Shown here: piece by piece, positions 47,220 through 57,439 of the stretch
Layout: each line of letters begins with the position of its first letter
How positions within the stretch are numbered: position 1 is the stretch's first letter
Virus record (IMG/VR): IMGVR_UViG_3300010430_000018
Span: 1-64,000 of that record
Direction: 5' to 3' (one strand)
DNA: 64,000 nt
Source: a virus
The notes under the pieces: generated by a model
What the model was told of the DNA's origin: nothing
Database searches by the model: none
What the model saw: the letters and a program-made list of their open reading frames with translations, nothing else
Program-made: the position numbers and the translations under genes

Positions 47220-48206
47220 CTATAATTTAATCTTATTTACTAAGAAATCATAGGGTAAAGAAAAGTTTCTTTCTTTATAATGATAGTCAGCAGTTTTTAA
47301 CGTACCACTTAAACCACTGGCCCACTGAGCCATAGTTTCCTGTGAAACACCAAATACATAGACTTGATTGTACTTATCAATTACTATAAAATTAAATATA
47401 AATGTATATTCATCTGCATCATCTCCAAGAGAATCATAGACTAATTTACTGTAAATAGCGGCCTGCAACCAATAGTTATAAAAGTCAACACTATCTCTAA
47501 AATCTACAATTGTTTTACCAGATGTTTTTAAATCACATATTGTTACTGTTTTTGATTCACTATCAACAGTATAATAATCTATATAACCATGTATTCCAAA
47601 AGGGTAACCTTCTAATTCAGAAGATAAATACTTTTCTGCATGTGTAGTTATTGGATCTAAATCAAAATCAGTTTGTTCATTTTTAAATAAACTCATTACT
47701 TCATCATTAGATTTTATAACTTCCGCTTTAGCTGTACAATCCTCTAAAGTATCTTGATTCACAACATCAACATTACTATTAGATAAAAACTTCCAATATG
47801 GTTCATTATCTTCTGTTCTTATCTTAGCTATTCTTGACTCATCTGCTTTAAGAGATTGATATAAGTTTAAACTTTTTAATGAATCTAATATAATAAAGTC
47901 ATCACATTCTTGTAGCGTTGGTGCATCTGTTACTAGTGACATATCTTTTAATACCTTTCTAACACTATCTGATGGTGCTTTACCGGGTACTACGTTAAAC
48001 TTTTTATTTAAGTTCTCAGGTTCAAACACTAAACAATGTACAAGCTTACCTTCTACTAAATGTTTATCAGTTCTGACCTCACGATCTTTTAATATATAGT
48101 CCTTATAAAATAAGGATGGTGAAAATAATAATCTATTAAGAGAAGAGTAGCTAAACCTAAATGGTTTAGCATAAAACTCCTCTTCTTTTTGCAAGTCTTT
48201 ATTCAT
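47220..48206 (-). CDS. PD-(D/E)xK exonuclease (RecE/ExoVIII/Cas4-like)
   Basis: FSYSSL, GKLVH, HGYID...DLKT, YWLQAAIY. Confidence 0.82.
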   Translation of the reverse strand: MNKDLQKEEEFYAKPFRFSYSSLNRLLFSPSLFYKDYILKDREVRTDKHLVEGKLVHCLVFEPENLNKKFNVVPGKAPSDSVRKVLKDMSLVTDAPTLQECDDFIILDSLKSLNLYQSLKADESRIAKIRTEDNEPYWKFLSNSNVDVVNQDTLEDCTAKAEVIKSNDEVMSLFKNEQTDFDLDPITTHAEKYLSSELEGYPFGIHGYIDYYTVDSESKTVTICDLKTSGKTIVDFRDSVDFYNYWLQAAIYSKLVYDSLGDDADEYTFIFNFIVIDKYNQVYVFGVSQETMAQWASGLSGTLKTADYHYKERNFSLPYDFLVNKIKL

Positions 48207-49311
48207 CTATATGTTTTTGCATTTCTTCTTTTATATTTAAACAATCAATTGGCATTTTAAATACTGCAGCAGTATCTCCAATTATAGAACCTAATATATT
48301 TTTGTATAAACGTTCTCTTGTTTTATTTAAAACAAAGGTAGTTAATTTTTCATCTTCTATCAATAATTGTATATACTGATTATATGAATGTATTCCTTCA
48401 CTTATACCGCCTTCATATTTTTTCATCCTTTTTCTGAATGATTTAACATTAACTGACTGCCAGTTTGAAGAATCTTTAAACCAATCATAATGCCAATAGT
48501 ATAAGTAACTTACAACATTGAATGACTTATTTATATTACAATTTGCAAGCATTTCTACTGCAAGTGATCTACTATCTCTATCTCCTGATGTAATCATTTG
48601 TTTAATAGTTTCAAACTCATCATCACTTATTTCAGCAAGCCCTTCATCAATTATATCAGAAACTTCAGTATCAAATATAATTTTTTCCGGGTTTGTATTC
48701 ATAATATCATCTAAAACTGGAATCATATCTTTTTTAATATATACAATTCTGTTGCTACGATGATCTGGAAATTCAAATTTAGAAACTGTAAGTTTAGTAG
48801 ATGAATTATAACTCCATGGTCTTTCTATAATTAACATACAGTCTTTAGGTAAACCTTCTACTATTTGCTTTACTTTAGTATAACCACTCTCTGATAAAAG
48901 TTTTTCTTCTACAAGATGTTTAAAGAATTTAAAACCTATTGTAAATGGATAACTTTTATCCCAACTGGTTTCTAATAAACTTTCAAAATACTTTGTTGAT
49001 ACAATTCTATAATCAGCAGTATCAACTTTTCTTGTAACTTTTAGATTATATTTATCCTTTAGTAAGTCAACTTTTTGTGTTGGTAAAGTTAATTTGGGAT
49101 ATCTATATATATTTTTATCTTGAAGATTTATTACATTATTATTTTCTGGTAATAAATGTTCTCTAATAAAAGATCTAGTTATATGCCACCCTGCATTATC
49201 CGCTACATAGTTTCCTAATTCTTTTACAGTAAAGGCTGAACTATTAAATTTTTTATCTGGAGTGATACATTCATCATTTGAACTTAATTTTATTTTATAT
49301 AATTTTTGCAT
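48199..49311 (-). CDS. Hypothetical protein, paralog of 49318-50352
   Basis: Shared PK...VT...AD segment and D-x-x-LA helical motif. Confidence 0.65.
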   Translation of the reverse strand: MQKLYKIKLSSNDECITPDKKFNSSAFTVKELGNYVADNAGWHITRSFIREHLLPENNNVINLQDKNIYRYPKLTLPTQKVDLLKDKYNLKVTRKVDTADYRIVSTKYFESLLETSWDKSYPFTIGFKFFKHLVEEKLLSESGYTKVKQIVEGLPKDCMLIIERPWSYNSSTKLTVSKFEFPDHRSNRIVYIKKDMIPVLDDIMNTNPEKIIFDTEVSDIIDEGLAEISDDEFETIKQMITSGDRDSRSLAVEMLANCNINKSFNVVSYLYYWHYDWFKDSSNWQSVNVKSFRKRMKKYEGGISEGIHSYNQYIQLLIEDEKLTTFVLNKTRERLYKNILGSIIGDTAAVFKMPIDCLNIKEEMQKHIDE

Positions 49312-49317
49312 TTTTTT

Positions 49318-50352
49318 TTATTTTAAATATTTCTGATATTCTTTTTTTACAGCTACCTTGAATGTATAAAGATCTCTATTCTGAATGCTTATTTCTCTTC
49401 TGACTATTGGTTCTAAATATCTGAAAGTTGTTTTGCATAATTTATCATTTTCCTCTAACCATAGTATCATGTCTTGTGCACATTTACGACTTAAGGAATT
49501 AAATTCAGATGCTTCTATCCAATATTGTAAATCTTTATCTCTATTGTCTGCATATGTTATAAAACTACAGTCTTGTGCAAACTGCCATAACAAATGATAG
49601 TTATTCTTATAGTCAATAGTTGGTATAATTTTAAGAGCTAAAGCTTTATCATCACCATGCGAATTTAACTGAGCCTTAAGATCACTAAATAGTTGTTCGT
49701 CAAGAGTCATTTTAGTTGCAGAAGCATGAAGTACTGTTTCAGGATCAATAACACTTACATCTGTGGTGTCAATAATATGAGCTATACTTAATGCCATACC
49801 TGTAATCATCCAAACATCATATAAACTATCATTAATGTCTAAATCATAATATCTTACTTTATCAGTTAACTTATTAGTTATTATACATTCTTCTCCTGAA
49901 TTATAAATTTGTAATTCTAAAGATTGAGTTGCTGATGCTCTTCCATTAGTAGTTTCATAATTCCATAACTTATTCATCATTAAAGTAGAAGGAATATTCT
50001 CTCCATTTTCTAATCTATAACTTGCTATGTCGTCATGACCTATAATTAAATCTGCTAATTCATAATCATTTGTTACAGATATACCTTGCTCTTTGAGAGC
50101 AGCTTTTAATCTATCTTGAGATACACTACACTTAGGTAATATAAAAGCTTTCTTTTTTGTTCTAAAAGTTTGTTCATCTTCTGTGGGAACAGTTAATATT
50201 CTATATATTTTATCATATGTTTTTTCATCTTGAGTACATAATACTTTACTTACCCCTGAAGTAGAAAGGACACCATAAATAGTGTCCTGTTCTAAATCAA
50301 AGTAAGATAAAGCAGTAAGATCAAGATTTTGATATACTGATTTATTTGCCAT
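49318..50352 (-). CDS. Hypothetical protein, paralog of 48199-49311
   Basis: 344 aa; see paralog. Confidence 0.65.
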   Translation of the reverse strand: MANKSVYQNLDLTALSYFDLEQDTIYGVLSTSGVSKVLCTQDEKTYDKIYRILTVPTEDEQTFRTKKKAFILPKCSVSQDRLKAALKEQGISVTNDYELADLIIGHDDIASYRLENGENIPSTLMMNKLWNYETTNGRASATQSLELQIYNSGEECIITNKLTDKVRYYDLDINDSLYDVWMITGMALSIAHIIDTTDVSVIDPETVLHASATKMTLDEQLFSDLKAQLNSHGDDKALALKIIPTIDYKNNYHLLWQFAQDCSFITYADNRDKDLQYWIEASEFNSLSRKCAQDMILWLEENDKLCKTTFRYLEPIVRREISIQNRDLYTFKVAVKKEYQKYLK

Positions 50353-50353
50353 T

Positions 50354-51625
50354 TTATTTCATTGTCATTTTGATAATCTCTGGAATCATCATTAGTTTAT
50401 TAAACTTTTTCTTATTACCATTAAATATGGTGCGTACAACTAAATACTTAAGATCATTAGTAAAGTAATCTAAAGTACATAGAGACTTAAGTCTATCAGT
50501 AATTTTTTGTGTTATAGTATTATCTTTAGAATATACTACAGCATAATTACCAAGTCTTGTTGCCAATGTAGCAGCAATATCTGCACGGTAAGTATCATCT
50601 TTACCAATACAACCTCTAAGTTCACCAAGTATATAAGATTCATTTTCATGTGATAACAAATCTTTAGGTGTAACTAACTTATCTAACTTATTATTAATAA
50701 AGGTTGTAAACATAGAAGCAAAAGAATCACCAACACTACCTTCTCCAATCATTTGGATCAGAGATAAATTATCTTCAAAGTTGTCAAAACTAGATATAGC
50801 ATTAAAGAACGTTGTAATGGATCTTGCATTTGTTTCTTGTGTTACTAACTCTGGATGGAGCAACAGGAAGTTAATACATCTTGTATCAATTCCTGCACCC
50901 TCAGCCCATTGTGCCCATACATTAACATCAAACTTTAAGTTAGCGGTTACATATCTAGTCTTCTGTGCACTATCTACACTGTTAACCATATAGTCTCCAT
51001 TATCCGGGTTTGCTGTCAAAATTATGTGCCAGTCTTTTGGTAATGTCCATGAAATATAAGATTGTCTATCAATTAATTCCATAACTGCTTGAATAAATCT
51101 TGTATCAGCACGGTTCCAGTCATCTAGTAATAAGATACCACCGGCCTTTGCATCAGCAATCCATTCAGGAGCACAATAAGACATTCTATTTTTACCTGTC
51201 ATTTTATATCCATTTTTAAGATACTCTTGTACGGCAAGTTCATCTACCCACATCCCTACTTTTTTAGTAGTAGTAGTAGACATATTTGCTAGACTTGTAC
51301 CAGCCGCTCTCTGTGCTGCAGTTACCATAGATAAATCATCTATTTTCTTTGCAGGTACAGTTTTTTCTTTATACATCTGAAATTGACGTACAGGAAAACC
51401 AACAAGATCACCTAACTCTTCTATCTGAGCTAAGTTTAATTTTACAAACTTTAGATTATTTTCTTGAGCTAACTCAACAATTGTAGAAGTTTTACCAATA
51501 CCTGATTCACCTACAACTTCTACTGATACAGAGTTTTTATTCTCATCTTGCAAAAATCTATTGTTTTTTATTATGTGATTTATAAATCCTTTTAATTCTG
51601 TTACGTTTAAATTTACTTGTGCCAT
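50354..51625 (-). CDS. MoxR-like AAA+ ATPase
   Basis: GESGIGKT, DLVGFP, LLLDDWNRA, ILTANP, AQKTRY. Confidence 0.82.
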   Translation of the reverse strand: MAQVNLNVTELKGFINHIIKNNRFLQDENKNSVSVEVVGESGIGKTSTIVELAQENNLKFVKLNLAQIEELGDLVGFPVRQFQMYKEKTVPAKKIDDLSMVTAAQRAAGTSLANMSTTTTKKVGMWVDELAVQEYLKNGYKMTGKNRMSYCAPEWIADAKAGGILLLDDWNRADTRFIQAVMELIDRQSYISWTLPKDWHIILTANPDNGDYMVNSVDSAQKTRYVTANLKFDVNVWAQWAEGAGIDTRCINFLLLHPELVTQETNARSITTFFNAISSFDNFEDNLSLIQMIGEGSVGDSFASMFTTFINNKLDKLVTPKDLLSHENESYILGELRGCIGKDDTYRADIAATLATRLGNYAVVYSKDNTITQKITDRLKSLCTLDYFTNDLKYLVVRTIFNGNKKKFNKLMMIPEIIKMTMK

Positions 51626-51631
51626 TTTCTA

Positions 51632-52795
51632 TTAATTTAATTTAATTTTTAATCCTGGTAATTCTTCATTTATTTCAGATACACTACTATGAACCCATAA
51701 AGTGTTCTTAGGACAGTCATCTGGAGAATATGCTTCACCATCTGTTAAATATATAAGAGCTGTATATTGCCCTTTTTTTTCATTATAGTGATCAATAACT
51801 GGTTGGAAGCTTGTTCCACCACGACCATGTATTTCCCAATCTTTTTTTGGATTGAATTCTTTCACGCTTTTCAAGCGAGTATCACACTGTGCAACAGTAA
51901 TCTTATGACCCGTCTTATGCATATGCGTAAGTTCACTAAAGAATTCTTTTAGCTCATCATTATTTACAGATCCACTTGTGTCAACTCCAACAAGTATATG
52001 ATTTTTAAACTTGATTTTAAGACCAGGATTAGCTGAGTAACGTTTGTTATACTTACGTCTCAGCTTTTTAGTATATACTATACTTGAATTCCCAACAAAT
52101 CTTCTTAAATAACCTCTCCAATCAAATTTAGGTGGCTCAACATGTAAAAGCCTATGTATGATATCAGCAAGTTCACCGGGTATATTACCACATTTTTTTT
52201 CTGTTTGCTCTGCTGTATCTTTTAACTGATGCTCAATTTGTTTTTGCATAAGTTTCTTATCTGCTTCAGGTAGCTCATCAAATTCCTCCCATGTACTATG
52301 ACAATAAGGTGATTCACCATTCATTTGGTTCATCAAATTATCAAGAGATGGACATGTACCATCTTCTTTAGCTTGTAAAAGTAAATTATAATATACTTTT
52401 GTACCTGCTTTAGTAGGAAGTTTTAATTCAGGAAAACTACTCAACAATAAACCTCCCTTAGGAAGTTTACTTTCCAGTATGTACTGGTTAATCTCTAGAT
52501 CTGCAGCTATATTAAATAATTTATGATCAGAGTATAAGTCTCTCATTATTAAATGACCAAATGCAATATGCAATAGCTCATGTTTAATTAATCCAAATCT
52601 GTGATCCTCACTTAAATTAATATAGAACTCTGGATTTATAGTCAATTGTATACCAATACCATGTTTACTTACACCTGCTGTAGGTATACGTTCACTATAT
52701 TGTTTGTTTATACCAATTAAAAAGAGCCCGTAAAAGGGCTCAGTAAATATTAAAGTTTTAGTTGTTTTAGCAACTTGATCTTGTATATTAATCAT
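51632..52795 (-). CDS. DUF2201-type metallopeptidase-VWA protein
   Basis: HELLH, NIAADLEIN, VDTSGS, GRGGTSF, LTDG. Confidence 0.85.
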   Translation of the reverse strand: MINIQDQVAKTTKTLIFTEPFYGLFLIGINKQYSERIPTAGVSKHGIGIQLTINPEFYINLSEDHRFGLIKHELLHIAFGHLIMRDLYSDHKLFNIAADLEINQYILESKLPKGGLLLSSFPELKLPTKAGTKVYYNLLLQAKEDGTCPSLDNLMNQMNGESPYCHSTWEEFDELPEADKKLMQKQIEHQLKDTAEQTEKKCGNIPGELADIIHRLLHVEPPKFDWRGYLRRFVGNSSIVYTKKLRRKYNKRYSANPGLKIKFKNHILVGVDTSGSVNNDELKEFFSELTHMHKTGHKITVAQCDTRLKSVKEFNPKKDWEIHGRGGTSFQPVIDHYNEKKGQYTALIYLTDGEAYSPDDCPKNTLWVHSSVSEINEELPGLKIKLN

Positions 52796-52796
52796 C

Positions 52797-53102
52797 TCAT
52801 TTATTTTTAGTTATTTGTTTAAGTATTTTATGATATATATCATTTGCTTTATCAAAAGCCATATAAGCAACTATATTATTACTATATAAAGTTTCTATAT
52901 GAATGTCCATTTTAACAGCATCTATAAAATACTTTCTATTATCAAATACTAATGCTTTACACATAAGTAAATCAAGTAGTTCTTTTTCTTTATAGTTACT
53001 ATTATTATATATTTGACAAGCCATAGCTTGATCATCAGGTAAACCGTTAAACATTTCAACTAACTTAAAAAACTCTTTCTCTGTTATAATGTTTTTTGCC
53101 AT
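52797..53102 (-). CDS. Hypothetical protein sharing a motif with the two paralogs downstream of the AAA gene
   Basis: ITEKEFFKLVEMFNGLPDDQAMACQI. Confidence 0.6.
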   Translation of the reverse strand: MAKNIITEKEFFKLVEMFNGLPDDQAMACQIYNNSNYKEKELLDLLMCKALVFDNRKYFIDAVKMDIHIETLYSNNIVAYMAFDKANDIYHKILKQITKNK

Positions 53103-53104
53103 AC

Positions 53105-53497
53105 TTAATTAAAATCAACTATTTCTATCCAAACTCCTGGATTTTGTTTATCATATGTATATTTCTCAAATGCTGGTATAATAAATTCTGCATTATCATC
53201 TTCTATCCATCCATACTTAACCATATCATCTTGCACTGTTTGTGCAGGATTTATATAATCAAACTTATGACGGCTACCTCTAATAAATTCAAAAGATATT
53301 TTTATTGGTAACTCACGTGTTTTTAATGCTTCTTTAAATTCATCAGTATAGCTTAAATAAATAGCCTTAGTGGCCTTTCTATAATTCATTACAGCTTTAC
53401 TAGCAATAAAGTATTTACCTGTCCAGCGTCTTCCGTTCTTACTTGAAGGAACATTACCTGGTATCCACCAACGCATTACTTTTTTTATTTCTCCCAT
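53105..53497 (-). CDS. RusA-like Holliday junction resolvase
   Basis: PGNVPSSKN...FDYIN...VQD...IEDDN...PGVWI. Confidence 0.65.
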   Translation of the reverse strand: MGEIKKVMRWWIPGNVPSSKNGRRWTGKYFIASKAVMNYRKATKAIYLSYTDEFKEALKTRELPIKISFEFIRGSRHKFDYINPAQTVQDDMVKYGWIEDDNAEFIIPAFEKYTYDKQNPGVWIEIVDFN

Positions 53498-53498
53498 G

Positions 53499-54476
53499 TT
53501 ATTTATTTAATGCTTCTTTTAATAGCGGTTTTAACATTGCATGAACTTTTTGGAAACCGTGTTCCCTCATTGCATCTGCAATATCTTTACTTAAAGTAGG
53601 ATGAGTGCCATATACTTCATATGTCTTAGCATATCTTTCAATAGCTTCTATACCTGCTTTATCATTATCAAATAAAGTGATTACTTTTTTATACTTTTTT
53701 TTCAGATATTGTATTATGTGAGGTTTAATCATAGTATTCTCTGAGTCTGGTGCTATAACCTCTAAGTTATATCCCATACCTTTAAGACACATAGCATCTT
53801 TTAATGAAGAACATATTACTAAATAAGGTTGATTATATTTTAATTGATCTAACCCTTGTAAATAGTTTTTTACTTTAAAGAACTTATGTGTTTTACTTTT
53901 TGGTTGATAAAATTTAAATGGTTGCCCATCTTTATCAAAATATCCAAAACACATACTATTACCAATGCGTAAACTTTTAAATTCTGATCCTTTAGTTTTA
54001 ATTAAATTAAAATAATCAACAGGCTTAACATTATATTCTTCTAGTATTGTTTTTCCTATTCTATAACTTAACCAATACTTTTGATCAATTATACTCCAAC
54101 CTTTAGTTTTAACAAAATCCAGTTTCCACTTAGGTTCTGGTACAATATCTTGAGTTTTATATTCGGGTGACTTTACATATTTATTATAGTCTGCAACTAT
54201 TCTTTGCATAGCTTCTGCATACTCTATTTCAAATAGTGACTTTACTAAATCTATTTTATTACCACTTTTACCAGTTGAAAAATCTTTAAACTTATATTGC
54301 ATTATTGTTTTATCAACATATATGCAAAAGCTTGGTGTTCTTTCAGATGGATTAAAGATTGATTTAATCTTTACATCTTGTCCCGTAAGGGGTTCTGATA
54401 AATTTAAATAATATTGAAATATCCATGTGCTTGGTGCATCCGATCCTTCTAATACAAAATTTTTAGTACTAAACAT
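53499..54476 (-). CDS. DNA primase (TOPRIM; Cys-less zinc-binding-like domain)
   Basis: ERTPSF...FKDFSTG; ICSSLKD; LFDNDKAG; KDIAD. Confidence 0.8.
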   Translation of the reverse strand: MFSTKNFVLEGSDAPSTWIFQYYLNLSEPLTGQDVKIKSIFNPSERTPSFCIYVDKTIMQYKFKDFSTGKSGNKIDLVKSLFEIEYAEAMQRIVADYNKYVKSPEYKTQDIVPEPKWKLDFVKTKGWSIIDQKYWLSYRIGKTILEEYNVKPVDYFNLIKTKGSEFKSLRIGNSMCFGYFDKDGQPFKFYQPKSKTHKFFKVKNYLQGLDQLKYNQPYLVICSSLKDAMCLKGMGYNLEVIAPDSENTMIKPHIIQYLKKKYKKVITLFDNDKAGIEAIERYAKTYEVYGTHPTLSKDIADAMREHGFQKVHAMLKPLLKEALNK

Positions 54477-54480
54477 AATC

Positions 54481-54488
54481 CAAATGTA
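54481..54488 (-). promoter_or_regulatory. -7 element TACATTTG, 4 nt before the primase ATG
   Basis: Matches TAnnTTTG. Confidence 0.5.
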
Positions 54489-54490
54489 TT

Positions 54491-54531
54491 AAAAAGAAAT
54501 GGGCTCAGCATTACACTAAGCCCATTCTTTT
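54491..54531 (-). terminator. Intrinsic terminator
   Basis: AATGGGCT...AGCCCATT stem with flanking A and T tracts. Confidence 0.7.
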
Positions 54532-54539
54532 AATTAATA

Positions 54540-55214
54540 TTATAGGTCAAAATCATCACCTACTACTTTAGCTGGTTCAAAGCTATTTGTTTTAGGTTCA
54601 TCATTTTTTACTAATTTTCTTAAATGATTAGTATTATTACTATCAAATTGTAAGAGTCTGCTGTTCTCAGCATTTAAAGCTTCAATTGGTACACCGTCTT
54701 TACTTCTCTTAGGTAAAAATAGATCATTATTAATATAACCATCTCTGTTTTCCCATTCACGTGCACCTAAACAAACATTAATGTATTCACTATTAGAGAA
54801 TAATTTATTACACTCTACCATAAATGTTTCAATTGTATTGGCTTCAATTTTATCTAGCTCAGCTCTTTTACCAAGTGCTTCTGATAAAAACACCATAGAT
54901 TTTAATACTTCTGTATCTCTAGATATTTCTGTTCCACTTTGTAAAGTTGTATCTTTATATGGATACGGGCTAAATCTTACTCTACCAACTTGTCCTTCAT
55001 ATTTTGGTCCATTTGGGTTGTCCATATCTTTTAAGAAACCATTAAACTCTCCTGTTACAGGCTCTGATTCAACATGCAGTACAATATTGTATGCTTCTGT
55101 ATCATAAGGTGTTTGATCAAATGATATTGAGTTAATTTTAACTACTTGATTACCTGGTTCAATTACAGGTTTTGTTCCGCCTGTGTTTACAGACATGTCT
55201 TTAGTACTAAACAT
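54540..55214 (-). CDS. Putative single-stranded DNA-binding protein
   Basis: Next to the Sak4-like ATPase and primase; beta-rich; acidic-aromatic tail GDDFDL. Confidence 0.45.
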   Translation of the reverse strand: MFSTKDMSVNTGGTKPVIEPGNQVVKINSISFDQTPYDTEAYNIVLHVESEPVTGEFNGFLKDMDNPNGPKYEGQVGRVRFSPYPYKDTTLQSGTEISRDTEVLKSMVFLSEALGKRAELDKIEANTIETFMVECNKLFSNSEYINVCLGAREWENRDGYINNDLFLPKRSKDGVPIEALNAENSRLLQFDSNNTNHLRKLVKNDEPKTNSFEPAKVVGDDFDL

Positions 55215-55246
55215 AATTTACTTTTTTTATTTATTTATTAATTAAT

Positions 55247-55930
55247 TTACTCTTCATATTTTTCAATGCAATCTTTTACATACTGTAGGTCATTAGGAAT
55301 GAAGAAATCCTCAAACATACCCATAGGTGATTTACATGTGTTCTCTCCTGAGTTTTGAGTTTCAAAACCATATTCAAGCACACCATCATCATTTTTATTT
55401 ACTCTTCCAAATAATACTATAGAAAAGAGACCTTCCAAAGTTAAAGCATTATCAATCATTTTACCAATTGTTTTTGCTTTGATCTTTCTATTTCCGTTTA
55501 TATCAGTAGAATCTTCTGAGTGTGTCAAAAAGATTACAGTTAAGTCTTCTCTTAAATCTTTAGGTAACTTAGCAACCATGGCTAAATTAGATGCAATCTG
55601 AGTAAACTTATCATATCCTTTTTCATTAGCTCTATCAAAATATTCAAAAGAACTCATATACTGCCAGTCATCAACAACTATTGTTTTTATATCTGGCATT
55701 TTATCATTAACATGCTTCATTGCCTTTATAATACCAGGAGCACTTGCTGCTGATGTTAAATTACCTTTGGGGTTATCTTTAGTTATTTGAGTATACTTAC
55801 TCTTATAACCTTTGAAAGGTAAAGGCTTATTTGCAATGTTTATAATGAAAGTCTCTTTAGGGTTTAATGTTCTGATTGAGGTAGACTTTCCTGTACCTGA
55901 ATCTGCAATTACTAATACGCTTTGTGCCAT
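55247..55930 (-). CDS. AAA_24/Sak4-like ATPase
   Basis: ADSGTGKST, IVVDD, FLTH, CKSPMGMF...IPND. Confidence 0.78.
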   Translation of the reverse strand: MAQSVLVIADSGTGKSTSIRTLNPKETFIINIANKPLPFKGYKSKYTQITKDNPKGNLTSAASAPGIIKAMKHVNDKMPDIKTIVVDDWQYMSSFEYFDRANEKGYDKFTQIASNLAMVAKLPKDLREDLTVIFLTHSEDSTDINGNRKIKAKTIGKMIDNALTLEGLFSIVLFGRVNKNDDGVLEYGFETQNSGENTCKSPMGMFEDFFIPNDLQYVKDCIEKYEE

Positions 55931-55931
55931 T

Positions 55932-56486
55932 TTATTTAATTAATTTATTGATTACTTTTGTTAAGGTTATTATTGACTGATTGATATCTTCTAATTTATT
56001 TACCAATGCGTCTTCTTTATTAACTGGATCTGGTCCGGTTAAATCTTCAAAGGGTATAGGTTTACTTATATTAGTAATACTACCCTTTCTATTTGTTACA
56101 TCATTAATAACTTTTAACTCTGTAACAGGAATAAGATGTCTTTGAAAACCTGTACTGGAAGTAATTAATTCATATTCAGTTTTCCAATGAGGATTATACT
56201 TATGTAAGTACAATGTTCTTTTTGGATCTTCTGAATCATAATCTATACTAACAAATTCAGTATATACATTTTCTTCTTTTTCAAGTTCACTTGGAAAAAA
56301 GCTAACATGTAATTCATCTTTGCCTTTAGGTCTATAAGCCATCTTAGGAATATATAAAGCATTTATAATACCTTCTTTTTGAAAGTAATCTTCATGCTCT
56401 TCTCTTAATGTTGCAACTTTTTTTTTACGTTGCTCTGGTGTTAATCCCATTTTCTGTGTTTTATTTATGTTTTTAGTATTTATCAT
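55932..56486 (-). CDS. Hypothetical protein
   Basis: 184-aa ORF in the replication operon. Confidence 0.6.
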   Translation of the reverse strand: MINTKNINKTQKMGLTPEQRKKKVATLREEHEDYFQKEGIINALYIPKMAYRPKGKDELHVSFFPSELEKEENVYTEFVSIDYDSEDPKRTLYLHKYNPHWKTEYELITSSTGFQRHLIPVTELKVINDVTNRKGSITNISKPIPFEDLTGPDPVNKEDALVNKLEDINQSIITLTKVINKLIK

Positions 56487-57439
56487 CTTCTTTCTTGTTG
56501 GCCCGGAGTAGGCATTTCTTCTATTTGCATTTGTTCAAACTTTGCTTTAAAGAAACTCATTCTTGCATCTCCATTTCTGGCTTTTAAGAAGTGTAAAACT
56601 AAAGTTCTATCATTTTCTATTATATATCTATCAGGTCCATAGAATCTAATTTTTTGTTTAGCAGGTCTGTTAATACCTATTAAAGTATCTGCATGCTGTA
56701 ACATTGCATCTGATCCAAATATATCTGACTCAAGTATATAATTTCCATATTTACCATCTATTGCTCTGTCAGGATTATCTATATTCCTATTAAGTTGTGA
56801 CAAAGCAATAAATAAACAAGGATAATCTCTTTTACATTGCGTAAAGAATTCACCTAACTCAAATAACATATCTAATGTGCTATTTTGGTATGGTGCTCTC
56901 TTAACTAACATAGTATGATCAAGAGTTATCATTGTATTTTTACCTTTATGTGCAGTCATATATTTATCAATTTGCTCACGCATTTGATTAACTGTCATAG
57001 GTGTAGATATAATATCAACAGGATACTTTACTCTTTCTTTAGCATACTGGTGACATTTATTTAAAGTGTCTGTAGTTAATACACTACCAGCACTACATAG
57101 TTCTTTATAAGTTTTACCCGTTATAGAACTAAACTCTCTTATAGCTGAGGTTCTTCCTACCATTTCAAATTGAAATTCTAAAACTCTGAATTCATCATTT
57201 GGATTTAGCATGAATGACTCTCTAATTATTTGATCTTTAATTAACGTTTTACCTGAGCCAGGTCTTCCACCAATTACAGTTAGAGTATTCCATTCTAAAC
57301 CATCAGTGGTTGCGTCATTAAATTTAGGCCATGGAGTATAGATTGATTTCTCTTCTCCTGTTGACCTTCTAAACATATATTTAAGCGCTTCATTAAAGGC
57401 AGTATACTGCCCCACCCATGATTCTTTGGTTTTACTCAT
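56483..57439 (-). CDS. dnaB: DnaB-like replicative helicase (ATPase domain only)
   Basis: GGRPGSGKT, FEM, LDH, LSQLNR, QHAD, KARNG. Confidence 0.88.
   Translation of the reverse strand: MSKTKESWVGQYTAFNEALKYMFRRSTGEEKSIYTPWPKFNDATTDGLEWNTLTVIGGRPGSGKTLIKDQIIRESFMLNPNDEFRVLEFQFEMVGRTSAIREFSSITGKTYKELCSAGSVLTTDTLNKCHQYAKERVKYPVDIISTPMTVNQMREQIDKYMTAHKGKNTMITLDHTMLVKRAPYQNSTLDMLFELGEFFTQCKRDYPCLFIALSQLNRNIDNPDRAIDGKYGNYILESDIFGSDAMLQHADTLIGINRPAKQKIRFYGPDRYIIENDRTLVLHFLKARNGDARMSFFKAKFEQMQIEEMPTPGQQERR

Noticed and set aside
47220-48206. Cas4 or CRISPR adaptation gene
   Set aside because: No Fe-S cysteine cluster or cas context; ordinary phage recombination exonuclease
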